From positions 137,952,001 to 138,016,000 of the forward strand of contig CM059431.1 of NCBI GenBank assembly GCA_030390025.1: 64,000 bases of DNA. Reading direction: 5' to 3'. A program made the translations under genes and the position numbers. Each line of letters starts with the position of its first letter. The stretch's first letter is position 1. Below, one piece after another: positions 28,601-43,600 of this stretch. The stretch comes from Squalus acanthias. Its lineage: Eukaryota. Below the pieces are notes generated by a model that made no database searches, was not told where the DNA came from, and saw only the letters and a program-made list of their open reading frames with translations.

Positions 28601-31600
28601 CACTGTTTCTAGCTTTGGAACTTCACTGTCTCTAGATTTTGACCTCCACTGTTTCTAGCTTTGGACCTCCACTGTTTTTGATTGGGATCTGCACTATTTC
28701 TAGCTTCGGACCTCCGCTGTTTCTAGCTTTGGACCTCCACTGTTTCTAGATTTGGACCTTCACTCTTTCTAGCTTTGGAAATTCACGGTTTCTAGCTTTG
28801 GAGCTGCACTCTTTCTAGCTTTGGACCTTCACTGTTTCTATCTTTGGATCTCCAATGTGTCTAACTTTGGACCTTCACTGTTTCTAGCTTTGGACCCTCA
28901 CTGTTTCTAGCTTTGGACTTTCACTGTTTCCAGCTTTGGACCTTCACTGTTTCTAGCTTTGGACCTTCACTGTTTCTAGCTTTGGATCTCCACTGTTTCT
29001 ATCTTTGGACCACCACTGTTTCTAGCTTTGGACCTTCACTGTGTCTAGCTTTGGAGCTTCACTGTCTCTAGCTTTGGACCACCACCGCTTCTGGTTTTGG
29101 ACCTTCACTGTTTCTAGCTTTGGACCTTCACTGTTTCTAGCTTTGGAACTTCACTGTTTCTAGCTTTGGATCTTCACTGTTTCTAGTTTTGGAACTCCAC
29201 TGTTTTTGATTGGGATCTGCACTATTTCTAGCTTCGGACCTCCGCTGTTTCTAGCTTTGGAACTTCACTGTTTCTAGCTTTGGATCTTCACTGTTTCTAG
29301 TTTTGGACCTTCACTGTTTCTAGCTTTGGACCTCCACTGTTTCTAGCTTAGGACCTTCATTGTTTCGAGCTTTGGAGCTCCAATGTTTCTAGCTTTGGTC
29401 CGTCACTGTTTCTAGCTTTGGAACTTCACTGTTTCTAGCTTTGGATCTTCACTGTTTCTAGTTTTGGCCCTCCACAGTTTCCAACTTTGGACCTTCACTG
29501 TTACTAGCTTTGGACCTCCGCTATTTCTAGCTTTGGACCTTCACTGTTTCTAGATTTTGACCTATACGGTTTCTAGCTTTGGACCTTCTCTGTTTCTAGC
29601 TTTGGACCTTCACTGTTTCTAGCTTTGGACCTCCACTGTTTCTCGCTTTGGACATTCACTGTTTCTAGCTTTGGAGCTTTATTGTTTCTAGCTTTGGACC
29701 ACCACTGTTTCTTGCTTTGGACCTCCACTGTTTCTAGCTTTGGATCTCAACTGTTTCTAGCTTTGGACCTTCTCTGTTTCTAGCTTTGGATCTCCACTGT
29801 TTCTAGCTTTGGAACTTCACTGTTTCTAGCTTTGTAACGTCACTGTTTCCAGCTTTGGATCTTCACTGTCTCTAGCTTTGGAACGTCACTATTTCTAGCT
29901 TTGGACCTCCACTGTTTCTAGCTTTGGAACTTCACTGTTTCTAGCTTTGGACCTCCATTGTTTCTAGCTTTGGACATCCACTGTTTCTAGCTTTGGAACT
30001 TCACTGTTTCCAGCTTTGGATCTTCACTGTATCTAGCTTTGGACATCCACTGTTTCTAGCTTTGGACCTCACTGTTTCTAGCTTTGGACCTCCACTGTTT
30101 CTAGCTTTGGACCTTCACTGTTTCTAGCTTTGGACATCCACTGTTTCTAGCTTTGGAACTTCACTGTTTCCAGCTTTGGACCTTCACTGTTTCTAGCTTT
30201 GGACCTTCACTGTTTCTAGCTTTGGACCTGCACTGTTTCTAGATTTGGGTCTTCACTGTTTCTAGCTTTGGACCTCCACTGTTTCTAGCTTTGGATCTCC
30301 ACTCTTTCTAGCTTTGGACCTCCGCTATTTCTAGCTTTGGACCTTCACTGTCTCTAGATTTTGACCTCCACTGTTTCTAGCTTTGGACCGCCACTGTTTT
30401 TGATTGGGATCTGCACTATTTCTAGCTTCGGACATCCACTGTTTCTAGCTTTGGACCTCCACTGTTTCTAGATATGTACCTTCACTGTTTCTAGCTTTGG
30501 AAATTCACTGTTTCTAGCTTTGGAGCTGCACTCTTTCTAGCTTTGGACCTTCACTGTTTCTATCTTTGAATCTCCAATGTGTCTAAATTTGGACCTTCAC
30601 TGTTTCTAGCTTTGGACCCTCACTGTTTCTAGCTTTGGACTTTCACTGTTTCTAGCTTTGGACCTTCACTCTTTCTAGCTTTGGACCTTCACTGTTTCTA
30701 GCTTTGGATCAACACTGTTTCTCTCTTTGGACCACCACTGTTTCTAGCTTTGGACCTTCACTGTCTCTAGCTTTGGAGCTTCACTGTGTCTAGCTTTGGA
30801 TCTCTAATCTTCCTCGATTTGGACCACCAGTGTTTCTAGCTTTGGAGCACCACTGTTTCTAGCTTTGGACCTTCACTGTTTCTAGCTTTGGACCTTCACA
30901 GTTTCTAGCTTTGGATCTCCACTGTTTCTAGCTTTGGAACTTCACTGTTTCTAGCTTTGGAACTTCACTGCTTCTAGCTTTGGATCTTCACTGTTTCTCG
31001 CTTTGGACCTTCACTGTTTCTAGCTTTGGACCTCCACTGTTTCTAGCTTTGGACCTTCACTGTTTCTAGCTTTGGACCTCCACTGTTTCTAGCTTTGGAA
31101 CTTCACTGTTTCCAGCTTTGGACCTTCACTGTTTCTAGATTTGGACCTTCACTGTTTCTAGCTTTGGACCTGCACTGTTTCTAGAATTGGGTCTTCACTG
31201 TTTCTAGCTTTGGACCTTCACTGTTTCTAGCTTTGGACCTGCACTGTTTCTAGATTTGGGTATTCACTGTTTCTAGCTTTGGATCTCCACTCTTTCTAGC
31301 TTTGGACCTCCGCTATTTCTAGCTTTGGAACTTCACTGTCTCTAGATTTTGACCTCCACTGTTTCTAGCTTTGGACCTCCACTGTTTTTGATTGGGATCT
31401 GCACTATTTCTAGCTTCGGACCTCCGCTGTTTCTAGCTTTGGACCTCCACTGTTTCTAGATTTGGACCTTCACTCTTTCTAGCTTTGGAAATTCACGGTT
31501 TCTAGCTTTGGAGCTGCACTCTTTCTAGCTTTGGACCTTCACTGTTTCTATCTTTGGATCTCCAATGTGTCTAACTTTGGACCTTCACTGTTTCTAGCTT

Positions 31601-34600
31601 TGGACCCTCACTGTTTCTAGCTTTGGACTTTCACTGTTTCTAGCTTTGGACCTTCACTGTTTCTAGCTTTGGACCTTCACTGTTTCTAGCTTTGGATCTC
31701 CACTGTTTCTATCTTTGGACCACCACTGTTTCTAGCTTTGGACCTTCACTGTGTCTAGCTTTGGAGCTTCACTGTCTCTAGCTTTGGACCACCACCGCTT
31801 CTGGTTTTGGACCTTCACTGTTTCTAGCTTTGGACCTTCACTGTTTCTAGCTTTGGAACTTCACTGTTTCTAGCTTTGGATCTTCACTGTTTCTAGTTTT
31901 GGACCTCCACTGTTTTTGATTGGGATCTGCACTATTTCTAGCTTCGGACCTCCGCTGTTTCTAGCTTTGGAACTTCACTGTTTCTAGCTTTGGATCTTCA
32001 CTGTTTCTAGTTTTGGACCTTCACTGTTTCTAGCTTTGGACCTCCACTGTTTCTAGCTTAGGACCTTCATTGTTTCGAGCTTTGGAGCTCCAATGTTTCT
32101 AGCTTTGGTCCGTCACTGTTTCTAGCTTTGGAACTTCACTGTTTCTAGCTTTGGATCTTCACTGTTTCTAGTTTTGGCCCTCCACAGTTTCCAACTTTGG
32201 ACCTTCACTGTTTCTAGCTTTGGACCTCCGCTATTTCTAGCTTTGGACCTTCACTGTTTCTAGATTTTGACCTATACGGTTTCTAGCTTTGGAACTCCAC
32301 TGTTTCTAGCTTTTTACCTACACTATTTCTAGCTTTGGACCTTCTCTGCTTCTAGCTTTGGACCTTCACTGCTGCTAGCTTTGGACTTTCTCTGTTTCTA
32401 GCTTTGGACCTTCTCTGCTTCTAGCTTTGGACCTACACTGTTTCTAGCTTTGGACTTTCTCTGTTTCTTGCTTTGGACCTTCACTGTTTCTAGCTTTGGA
32501 CCTCCACTGTTTGTCGCTTTGGACCTTCACTGCTTCTAGCTTTGGAAGTTTATTGTTTCTAGCTTTGGACCACCACTGTTTCTTGCTTTGGACCTCCACT
32601 GTTTCTAGCTTTGGAACTCAACTGTTTCTAGCTTTGGTCCTTCTCTGTTTCTAGCTTTGGATCTCACTGTTTCTAGCTTTGGACCTTCACTGTTTCTAGC
32701 TTTGTACCGTCACAGTTTCCAGCTTTGGATCTTCACTGTCTCTAGCTTTGGAACGTCCGCTATTTCTAGCTTTGGACCCTCACTGTTTCTAGTTTTGGAC
32801 CTTCACTGTTTCTAGCTTTGGAACTCTACTGTTTCTAGCTTTTTACCTACACTATTTCTAGCTTTGGACCTTCTCTGTTTCTAGCTTTGGACCTTCACTG
32901 CTGCTAGCTTTGGACCTACACTGTTTCTAGCTTTGGACCTTCTCTGTTTCTAGCTTTGGACCTTCACTGTTTCTAGCTTTGGACCTCCACTGTTTCTCGC
33001 TTTGGACATTCACTGTTTCTAGCTTTGGACCTTTATTGTTTCTAGCTTTGGACCACCACTGTTTCTTGCTTTGGACCTCCACTGTTTCTAGCTTTGGATC
33101 TCAACTGTTTCTAGCTTTGGACCTTCTCTGTTTCTAGCTTTGGATCTCCACTGTTTCTAGCTTTGGAACTTCACTGTTTCTAGCTTTGTAACGTCACTGT
33201 TTCCAGCTTTGGATCTTCACTGTCTCTAGCTTTGGAACGTCACTATTTCTAGCTTTGGACCTCCACTGTTTCTAGCTTTGGAACTTCACTGTTTCTAGCT
33301 TTGGACCTCCATTGTTTCTAGCTTTGGACCTTCACTCTTTCTAGCTTTGGACCTCCACTGTTTCTAGCTTTAGACCTCCTCTGTTTCTAGATTGGGAACT
33401 TCACTATTTCTAGCTTTGGACCTCCACTGTTTCTCGATTGGGAACTTCACTATTTCTAGCTTCGGACCTCCACTGTTTCTTGCTTTCACCTTCACTGTGT
33501 CTAGATTTGGAACTTCACTAGTTCTAGCTTTGGACCTCCAGTGTTTCTAGATTGGGAACTTCACTATTTATAGCTTTGGACCTCCACTGTTATTAGATTG
33601 GGAACTTCACTCTTTCTAGCTTTGGACCTTCACTGTTTCTAGCTTTGGACCTTCACTGTTTCTAGCTTTGGACCTTCACTGTTTCTAGCTTTGGACCTTC
33701 ACTGTTTCTAGCTTTGGACCTTCACTGTTTCTAGCTTTGGATCTCCACACTAACTCGCTTTGGACCACCACTGTTTCTAGCATTGGACTCCACTGTTTCT
33801 CGCTTTGGACCACCACTGTTTCTAGCTTTGGACCTTCACTGTTTCTAGCTTTGGACCTTCGCTGTCTCTAGCTTTGGACCACCACTGTGTCTAGATTTGG
33901 CCCTTCACAGTTTCTAGCTTTGGATCTCCACTGTTTCTAGCTTTGGATCTTCACTGTGTCTAGCTTTGGACCTCCGCTATTTCTAGCTTTGGACCTTCAC
34001 TGTTTCTAGATTTTGACCTCCACTGTTACTAGCTTTGGACCTTCACTGTTTCTACATTTTGACCTCCACTGTTTCTAGCTTTGGACCTCCACTGTTTCTA
34101 GATTGGGAACTGCACTATTTCTAGCTTCGGACCTACACTGTTTCTAGCTTTGCACCTTCACTGTTTCTAGCTTTGGAACTTCACTGTTTCTAGCTTTGGA
34201 CCTACACAGTTTCTAGCTTCGGACCTCCACTGTTTCTAGATTGGGAACTGCACTGTTTCTAGCTTTCGACCTTCACTCTTTCTAGCTTTGGAGCTCCACT
34301 GTTTTCAACTTTGGACCTTCACTGTTTCCAGCTTTGGACCTCCGCTATTTCTAGCTTTGGACCTTCTTTGTTTCTAGCTTTGGACCTCCAATGTTTGTAG
34401 CTTTGGACCAACACTGTTTCTAGATTTGCACCAACACTCTTTCTAGCTTTGCATCAACAATGTTTCTAGCTTTGGACCTCCACTGTTTCTAACTTTGGAC
34501 CGCCACTCTTTCTAGCTTTGGACCTCCACTGTTTCTAGCTTTGGACCTTCACAGTTTCTAGCTATGGATCACCACTGTTTCTAGCTTTGGACCTTAACTG

Positions 34601-37600
34601 TTTCTAGTTTTGGAACTTCACTGTTTCTAGCGTTGGATCTTCACTGTTTCTAGCTTTGGACCTTCACTGTTTCTAGCTTTGGACCTCCACTGTTTCTAGC
34701 TTTGGACCTTCACTGTTTTTAGCTTTGGACCTTCACTGTTTCTAGCTTTGGAACTTCACTGTTTCTAGCTTTGGACCTTCACTGTTTCTAGCTTTGGAAC
34801 GTCACTGTTTCTAGCTTTGGAACTCCACTGTTTCCAGCTTTGGACCTCCACTGTTTCTAGCTTTGGACCTTCACAGTTTCTAGCTTTGGACCTTCACTGT
34901 TTCCAGCTTTGGACCTTCACTGTTACTAGCTTTGGAACTTCACAGTTTCATTGCTTTGGATCTCCACTGTTTCTAGCTTTGGATCTTCACTGTTTCCAGC
35001 TTTGGAACTTCACTGTTTCTAGCTTTGGACCTTCACTGTTTCTAGCTTTGGACCTTCACAGTTTCTAGCTTTGGACCTCAACTGTTTCCAGCTTTGGACC
35101 TCCACTGTTTCTAGCTTTGGACCTTCACAGTTTCATTCCTTTGGATCGCCACTGTTTCTAGCTTTGTATCTTCACTGTTTCCAGCTTTGGAACTTCACTG
35201 TTTCTAGCTTTGGATCTTCACTGTTTCTAGCTTTGGTCCTTCACTGTTTCCAGCTTTGGACCTTCGCAGTTTCTAGCTTTGGATCTCCACTGTTTCTAGC
35301 TTTGGACCTTCACTGTTTCCAGCTTTGGACCTTCGCTGTTTCTAGCTTTGGATCTCCACTGTTTCTAGCTTTGGACCTTCACTGTTTCTAGCTTTGGACC
35401 TTCACTGTTTCTAGCTTTGGACCTCCACTGTATCTAGCTTTGGACCTTCACTGCTTCTAGCTTTCGACCTTTACTGTTTCGAGCTTTGGACCTCCACTGT
35501 TTCTAGCTTTGGAACTTCACTGTTTCTAGCTTTGGACCTCCACTGTTTCTAGCTTTGGACCTCCACTGTTTCTAGCTTTGGACCTTCACTGTTTCTAGCT
35601 TTGGACCTCCACTGTTTCTAGCTTTGGACCTTCACTGTTTCTAGCTTTGGACCTCACTGTTTCTAGCTTTGGACCTTCACTGTTTCTAGCTTTGGACCTT
35701 CACTGTTTCTAGCTTTGGACCTTCACTGTTTCTAGCTTTGGACCTTCACTGTTTCTAGCTTTGGACCTCACTGTTTCTAGCTTTGGACCTTCACTGTTTC
35801 TAGCTTTGGACCTCCACTGTTTCTAGCTTTGGACCTCCACTGTTTCTAGCTTTGGACTCCACTGTTTCTAGCTTTGGACCTCCACTGTTTCTAGCTTTGG
35901 ACCTTCACTGTTTCTAGCTTTGGACCTTCACTGTTTCTAGCTTTGGACCTCACTGTTTCTAGCTTTGGACCTTCACTGTTTCTAGCTTTGGACCTTCACT
36001 GTTTCTAGCTTTGGANNNNNNNNNNNNNNNNNNNNNNNNNNNNNNNNNNNNNNNNNNNNNNNNNNNNNNNNNNNNNNNNNNNNNNNNNNNNNNNNNNNNN
36101 NNNNNNNNNNNNNNNNNNNNNNNNNNNNNNNNNNNNNNNNNNNNNNNNNNNNNNNNNNNNNNNNNNNNNNNNNNNNNNNNNNNNNNNNNNNNNNNNNNNN
36201 NNNNNNNNNNNNNNNTTATATCTTTGGACCTACACTGTTTCTAGCTTTGGACCTTCACTGTTTCTAGCTTTGGACCTTCACTGTTTCTAGCTTTGGACCT
36301 TCACTGTTTCTAGCTTTAGACCTTCACTGTTTCCAGCTTTGGACCTTCACTGTGTCTAGCTTTGGATCTCCACTCTTTCTCGCTTTGGACCACCAGTGTT
36401 TCTAGCTTTGGATCACCACTGTTTCCAACTTTGGACCACCACTGTTTCTAGCTTTGGACCTTCACTGTTTCTAGCTTTGGACATTAACAGTTTCTAGCTT
36501 TGGATCTCCACTGTTTTTAGCTTTGGACCTTCACTGTTTCTAGCTTTGGAACTTCACTGTTTCTAGCTTTGGATCTTCACTTTTTCTAGCTTTGGACCTT
36601 CACTGTTTCTAGCTTTGGACCTCCACTCTTTCTAACTTTGGACCTTCACTGTTTCTAGCTTTGGACCTCCACTGTTTCTAGCTTTGGACCTTCACTGTTA
36701 CCAGCTTTGGACCTTCACTGTTTCTAGCTTTGGAACTTCACTCTTTCTAGCTTTGGAGCTTCATTGTTTCTAGCTTTGGACCTCAACTGTTTCTAGATTT
36801 GGACGTCCTCTGTTTCTAGCTTTGGACCTCCACTGTTTCTAGCTTTGGACCTCCACTGTTTCTAGCTTTGGACCTCCACTGTTTCTTGCTTTAGACATTC
36901 ACTGTTTCTAGATTGGGAACTTTACTATTTCTAGCTTTGGACCTCCACAGTTCCTAGATTGGGAACTTCACTATTTCGAGCTTTGGACCGCCACTGTTTC
37001 TAGATTGGGAACTTCACTATTTCTAGCTTTGGACCTCCACTGTTTCTAGATTGGGAACTTCACTACTTCTTGCTTCGGACCTCCACTGTTTCTAGCTTTG
37101 GACCTACACTGTTTCAAGCTTTGTAACTTCACCGTTTCTAGCTTTGGACCTCCACTGTTTCTAGCTTTGGACCTTCACTGTATCTAGCGTTGGACCTTCA
37201 CTGTTTCTAGCTTTGGACCTTCACTGTTTCTAGCTTTAGACCTTGACTGTTTCTAGCTTTATACCTTCACTGTATCTGGCTTTGGATCTCCACTCTTTCT
37301 CGCTTTGGAGCACCAGTGTTTCTAGCTTTGGATCACCACTGTTTCTAACTTTGGACCACCACTGTTTCTAGCTTTGGACCTTCACTGTTTCTAGCTTTGG
37401 ACCTTAACAGTATCTTGCTTTGGATCTGCACTGTTTCTAGCTTTGGACCTTCACTGTTTCTAGCTTTGGACCTTCACTGTTTCTAGCTTTGGATCTTCAC
37501 TGTTCCAACTTTGGACCTTCACTGTTTATCGCTTTGGACCTCCACTCTTTCTAACTTTGGACCTTCACTGTTTCTAGCTTCGGACCTCCACTGTTTCTAG

Positions 37601-40600
37601 CTTTGGACCTTCACTGTTTCTAGCTTTGGACCTCCACTGTTTTTAGCTTTGGACCTTCACTGTTTCCATCTTTGGACCTTCACTGTTTCTAGCTTTGGAC
37701 CTTCACTGTTTCTAGCTTTGGACCTGCAGTGTTTCTTGCTTTGGGTCTTCACTGTTTCTAGCTTTGGACCTCCACTGTTTCTAGCTTTGGATCTCCGCTA
37801 TTTCTAGCTTTGGACCAACACTGTTTCTCGATTTGAACCAACACTCTTTCTAGCTTTGCACCAACAATGTTTCTAGCTTTGGACCTCCACTGTTTCTAGC
37901 TTTGGACCATCATTCTTTCTAGCTTTGGACCTTCACTGTTTCTAGCTTTGGACATTAACAGTTTCTAGCTTTGGATCTCCACTGTTTCTAGCTTTGGACC
38001 TTCACTGTTTCTAGCTTTGGAACTTCACTGTTTCTAGCTTTGGATCTTCACTGTTTCTAGCTTTGGACCTTCACTGTTTCTCGCTTTGGACCTCCACTCT
38101 TTCTAACTTTGGACCTTCACTGTTTCTAGCTTTGGACCTCCACTCTTTCTAACTTTGGACCTTCACTGTTTCTAGCTTTGGACCTCCACTGTTTCTAGCT
38201 TTGGACCTTCACTGTTACCAGCTTTGGACCTTCACTGTTTCTAGCTTTGGAACTTCACTCTTTCTAGCTTTGGAGCTTCATTGTTTCTAGCTTTGGACCT
38301 CAACTGTTTCTAGATTTGGACGTCCTCTGTTTCTAGCTTTGGACCTCCACTGTTTCTAGCTTTGTACCTCCACTGTTTCTAGCTTTGGACCTCCACTGTT
38401 TCTAGCTTTAGACATCCACTGTTTCTAGATTGGGAACTTTACTATTTCTAGCTTTGGACCTCCACAGTTCCTAGATTGGGAACTTCACTATTTCGAGCTT
38501 TGGACCGCCACTGTTTCTAGATTGGGAACTTCACTATTTCTAGCTTTGGACCTCCACTGTTTCTAGATTGGGAACTTCACTACTTCTCGCTTCGGACCTC
38601 CACTGTTTCTAGCTTTGGACCTACACTGTTTCAAGCTTTGTAACTTCACCGTTTCTAGCTTTGGACCTTCACTGTTTCTAGCTTTGGACCTTCACTGTAT
38701 CTAGCTTTGGACCTTCACTGTTTCTAGCTTTGGACCTTCACTGTTTCTAGCTTTAGACCTTGACTGTTTCTAGCTTTATACCTTCACTGTATCTAGCTTT
38801 GGATCTCCACTCTTTCTCGCTTTGGAGCACCAGTGTTTCTAGCTTTGGATCACCACTGTTTCTAACTTTGGACCACCACTGTTTCTAGCTTTGGACCTTC
38901 ACTGTTTCTAGCTTTGGACCTTAACAGTATCTAGCTTTGGATCTGCACTGTTTCTAGCTTTGGACCTTCACTGTTTCTAGCTTTGGACCTTCACTGTTTC
39001 TAGCTTTGGATCTTCACTGTTTCTAGCTTTGGACCTTCACTGTTTATCGCTTTGGACCTCCACTCTTTCTAACTTTGGACCTTCACTGTTTCTAGCTTTG
39101 GACCTCCACTGTTTTTAGCTTTGGACCTTCACTGTTTCCATCTTTGGACCTTCACTGTTTCTAGCTTTGGACGTTCACTGTTTCTAGCTTTGGACCTGCA
39201 GTGTTTCTAGCTTTGGGTCTTCACTGTTTCTAGCTTTGGACCTCCACTGTTTCTAGCTTTGGATCTCCGCTATTTCTAGCATTGGACCTCCACTGTTTCT
39301 AGCTTTGGACCTCCGCTATTTCTAGCTTTGGACCTTCACTGTCTCTAGATTTCGACCTCCACTGTTTCTAGCTTTTGACCTCCACTGTTTTTGATTGGGA
39401 TCTGCACTATTTCTAGCTTTGGACCTCCACTGTTTCTAGCTTTGGACCTCCACTGTTTCTAGCTTTGGATCTCCGCTATTTCTAGCTTTGGACCAACACT
39501 GTTTCTCGATTTGAACCAACACTCTTTCTAGCTTTGCACCAACAATTTTTCTAGCTTTGGACCTCCACTGTTTCTAGCTTTGGACCACCATTCTTTCTAG
39601 CTTTGGACCTTCACTGTTTCTAGCTTTGGACATTAACAGTTTCTAGCTTTGGATCTCCACTGTTTCTAGCTTTGGACCTTCACTGTTTCTAGCTTTGGAA
39701 CTTCACTGTTTCTAGCTTTGGATCTTCACTGTTTCTAGCTTTGGACCTTCACTGTTTCTCGCTTTGGACCTCCACTCTTTCTAACTTTGGACCTTCACTG
39801 TTTCTAGCTTTGGACCTCCACTCTTTTTAACTTTGGACCTTCACTGTTTCTAGCTTTGGACCTCCACTGTTTCTAGCTTTGGACCTTCACTGTTTCTAGC
39901 TTTGGACCTTCACTGTTTCTCGCTTTGGACCTCCACTCTTTCTAACTTTGGACCTTCACTGTTTCTAGCTTTGGACCTCCACTCTTTCTAACTTTGGACC
40001 TTCACTGTTTCTAGCTTTGGACCTCCACTGTTTCTAGCTTTGGACCTTCACTGTTACCAGCTTTGGACCTTCACTGTTTCTAGCTTTAGAACTTCACTCT
40101 TTCTAGCTTTGGAGCTTCATTGTTTCTAGCTTTGGACCTCAACTGTTTCTAGATTTGGACGTCCTCTGTTTCTAGCTTTGGACCTCCACTGTTTCTAGCT
40201 TTGGACCTCCACTGTTTCTAGCTTTGGACCTCCACTGTTTCTAGCTTTAGACATCCACTGTTTCTAGATTGGGAACTTTACTATTTCTAGCTTTGGACCT
40301 CCACAGTTCCTAGATTGGGAACTTCACTATTTCGAGCTTTGGACCGCCACTGTTTCTAGATTGGGAACTTCACTATTTCTAGCTTTGGACCTCCACTGTT
40401 TCTAGATTGGGAACTTCACTACTTCTCGCTTCGGACCTCCACTGTTTCTAGCTTTGGACCTACACTGTTTCAAGCTTTGTAACTTCACCGTTTCTAGCTT
40501 TGGACCTCCACTGTTTCTAGCTTTGGACCTTCACTGTATCTAGCTTTGGACCTTCACTGTTTCTGGCTTTGGACCTTCACTGTTTCTAGCTTTAGACCTT

Positions 40601-43600
40601 GACTGTTTCTAGCTTTGGATCTCCACTCTTTCTCGCTTTGGAGCACCAGTGTTTCTAGCTTTGGATCACCACTGTTTCTAACTTTGGACCACCACTGTTT
40701 CTAGCTTTGGACCTTCACTGTTTCTAGCTTTGGACCTTAACAGTATCTAGCTTTGGATCTGCACTGTTTCTAGCTTTGGACCTTCACTGTTTCTAGCTTT
40801 GGACCTTCACTGTTTCTAGCTTTGGATCTTCACTGTTTCTAGCTTTGGACCTTCACTGTTTCCATCTTTGGACCTTCACTGTTTCTAGCTTTGGACCTTC
40901 ACTGTTTCTAGCTTTGGACCTGCAGTGTTTCTAGCTTTGGGTCTTCACTGTTTCTAGCTTTGGACCTCCACTGTTTCTAGCTTTGGATCTCCGCTATTTC
41001 TAGCTTTGGACCTCCACTGTTTCTAGCTTTGGACCTCCGCTATTTCTAGCTTTGGACCTTCACTGTCTCTAGATTTTGACCTCCACTGTTTCTAGCTTTT
41101 GACCTCCACTGTTTTTGATTGGGATCTGCACTATTTCTAGCTTTGGACCTCCACTGTTTCTAGCTTTGGACCTCCACTGTTTCTAGATTTGGACCTTCAC
41201 TGTTTCTAGCTTTGGAAATTCAATGTTTCTAGCTTTGGAGCTGCACTCTTTCTAGCTTTGGAACTTCCCTGTTTCCATATTTGGATCTCCAATCTTTCTA
41301 ACTTTGGACCTTCACTGTTTCTAGCTTTGGGCCTTCACTGTTTCTAGCTTTGGACCTTCACTGTTTCTTGCTTTGCACCTTCACTGTTTCTAGCTTTGGA
41401 CCTTCACTGTTTCTAGCTTTGGATCTCCACTGTTTCTATCTTTGGACCACCACTGTTTCTAGCTTTGGACCTTAACTGTCTCTATCTTTGGAGATTCACT
41501 GTCTCTAGCTTTGGACCACCACTGCGTCTGGATTTGGACCTTCACTGTTTCTAGCTTTGGACCTTCACTGTTTCTACCTTTGGAACTTCACTGTTTCTAG
41601 CTTTGGATCTTCACTGTTTCTAGCTTTGGACCTTCACTGTTTCTAGATTTTGACCTCCACGGTTTCTAGCTTTGGAACTCCATTGTTTCTAGCTTTGGAC
41701 CTACACTGTTTCTAGCTTTGGACATTCTCTGTTACTAGCTTTGGACCTTCACTGTTTCTAACTTTGGAACTTCACTGTTTCTAGCTTCGGACCTTCATTG
41801 TTTCCAGCTTTGAACCTTCACTGTTTCTAGCTTTGGACCTTCACTGTTTCTAGATTGGGAACTGCACTATTTCTAGATTCGGACCTCCACTGTTTCTAGC
41901 TTTGGATCTATACTGTTCCTAGCTTTGGACCTTCACTGTTGCTAGCTTTGGACCTTCACTGTTTCTAGCGTTGGACCTCCACTGTTTCGAACTTTGGACC
42001 TTCACTGTTTCAAGCTTTGGACCTCCACTGTTTCTAGCTTTGGACCTCCGCTATTTCTAGCTTTGAACCTTCACTGTCTCTAGATTTTGACCTCCACTGT
42101 TTCTAGCTTTTGACCTCCACTGTTTTTGATTGGGATCTGCACTATTTCTAGCTTTGGACCTCCACTGTTTCTAGCTTTGGACCTCCACTGTTTCTAGATT
42201 TGGACCTTCACTGTTTCTATCTTTGGAAATTCAATGTTTCTAGCTTTGGAGCTGCACTCTTTCTATCTTTGGAACTTCCCTGTTTCCATATTTGGATCTC
42301 CAATCTTTCTAACTTTGGACCTTCACTGTTTCTAGCTTTGGGCCTTCACTGTTTCCAGCTTTGGAACTTCACTGTTTCTTGCTTTGCACCTTCACTGTTT
42401 CTAGCTTTGGACCTTCACTGTTTCTAGCTTTGGATCTCCACTGTTTCTATCTTTGGACCACCACTGTTTCTAGCTTTGGACCTTAACTGTCTCTATCTTT
42501 GGAAATTCACTGTCTCTAGCTTTGGACCACCACTGCGTCTGGATTTGGACCTTCACTGTTTCTAGCTTTGGACCTTCACTGTTTCTACCTTTGGAACTTC
42601 ACTGTTTCTAGCTTTGGATCTTCACTGTTTCTAGCTTTGGACCTTCACTGTTTCTAGATTTTGACCTCCACGGTTTCTAGCTTTGGAACTCCATTGTTTC
42701 TAGCTTTGGACCTACACTGTTTCTAGCTTTGGACATTCTCTGTTACTAGCTTTGGACCTTCACTGTTTCTAACTTTGGAACTTCACTGTTTCTAGCTTCG
42801 GACCTTCATTGTTTCTAGCTTTGAACCTTCACTGTTTCTAGCTTTGGACCTTCACTGTTTCTAGATTGGGAACTGCACTATTTCTAGATTCGGACCTCCA
42901 CTCTTTCTAGCTTTGGATCTATACTGTTCCTAGCTTTGGACCTTCACTGTTGCTAGCTTTGGACCTTCACTGTTTCTAACTTTGGACGTTCACTGTTTCA
43001 AGCTTTGGACCTTCACTCTTTCTAGCTTTGGACCTTCACTGTTTCTAGCTTTGGACCTTCACTGTTTCTAGCTTTGAACATTCACTGTCTCTACCTTTGG
43101 ACCTTCTCTGTTTCTAACTTTGGACCTCCATTGTTTCTAGCTTTCGACCTTCATTCTTTCTAGCTTTGGACTTCCACTGTTTCTAGCTTTAGACCTCCTC
43201 TGTTTCTAGATTGGGAACTTCACTATTTCTAGCTTTGGATTTCCACTGTTTCTCGATTGGGAACTTCACTATTTCTAGCTTCGGACCTCCACTGTTTCTT
43301 GCTTTGACCTTCACTGTGTCTAGATTTGGAACTTCACTATTTCTAGCTTTGGATTTCCACTGTTTCTAGATTGGGAACTTCACTATTTCTAGCTTTGGAC
43401 CTCAACTGTTCCTAGATTGGGAACTTCACTATTTCGAGCTTTGGACCGCCACTGTTTCTAGATTTGGAACTTCACAATTTCTAGCTTTGGACCTCCACTG
43501 TTTCTAGATTGGGAACTTCACTACTTCTCGCTTCGGACCTCCACTGTTTATATCTTTGGACCTACACTGTTTCTAGCTTTGGACCTTCACTGTTTCTAGC

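Noticed and set aside
36011..36244. Poly-X ORF
   Set aside because: Artefact of the N gap.
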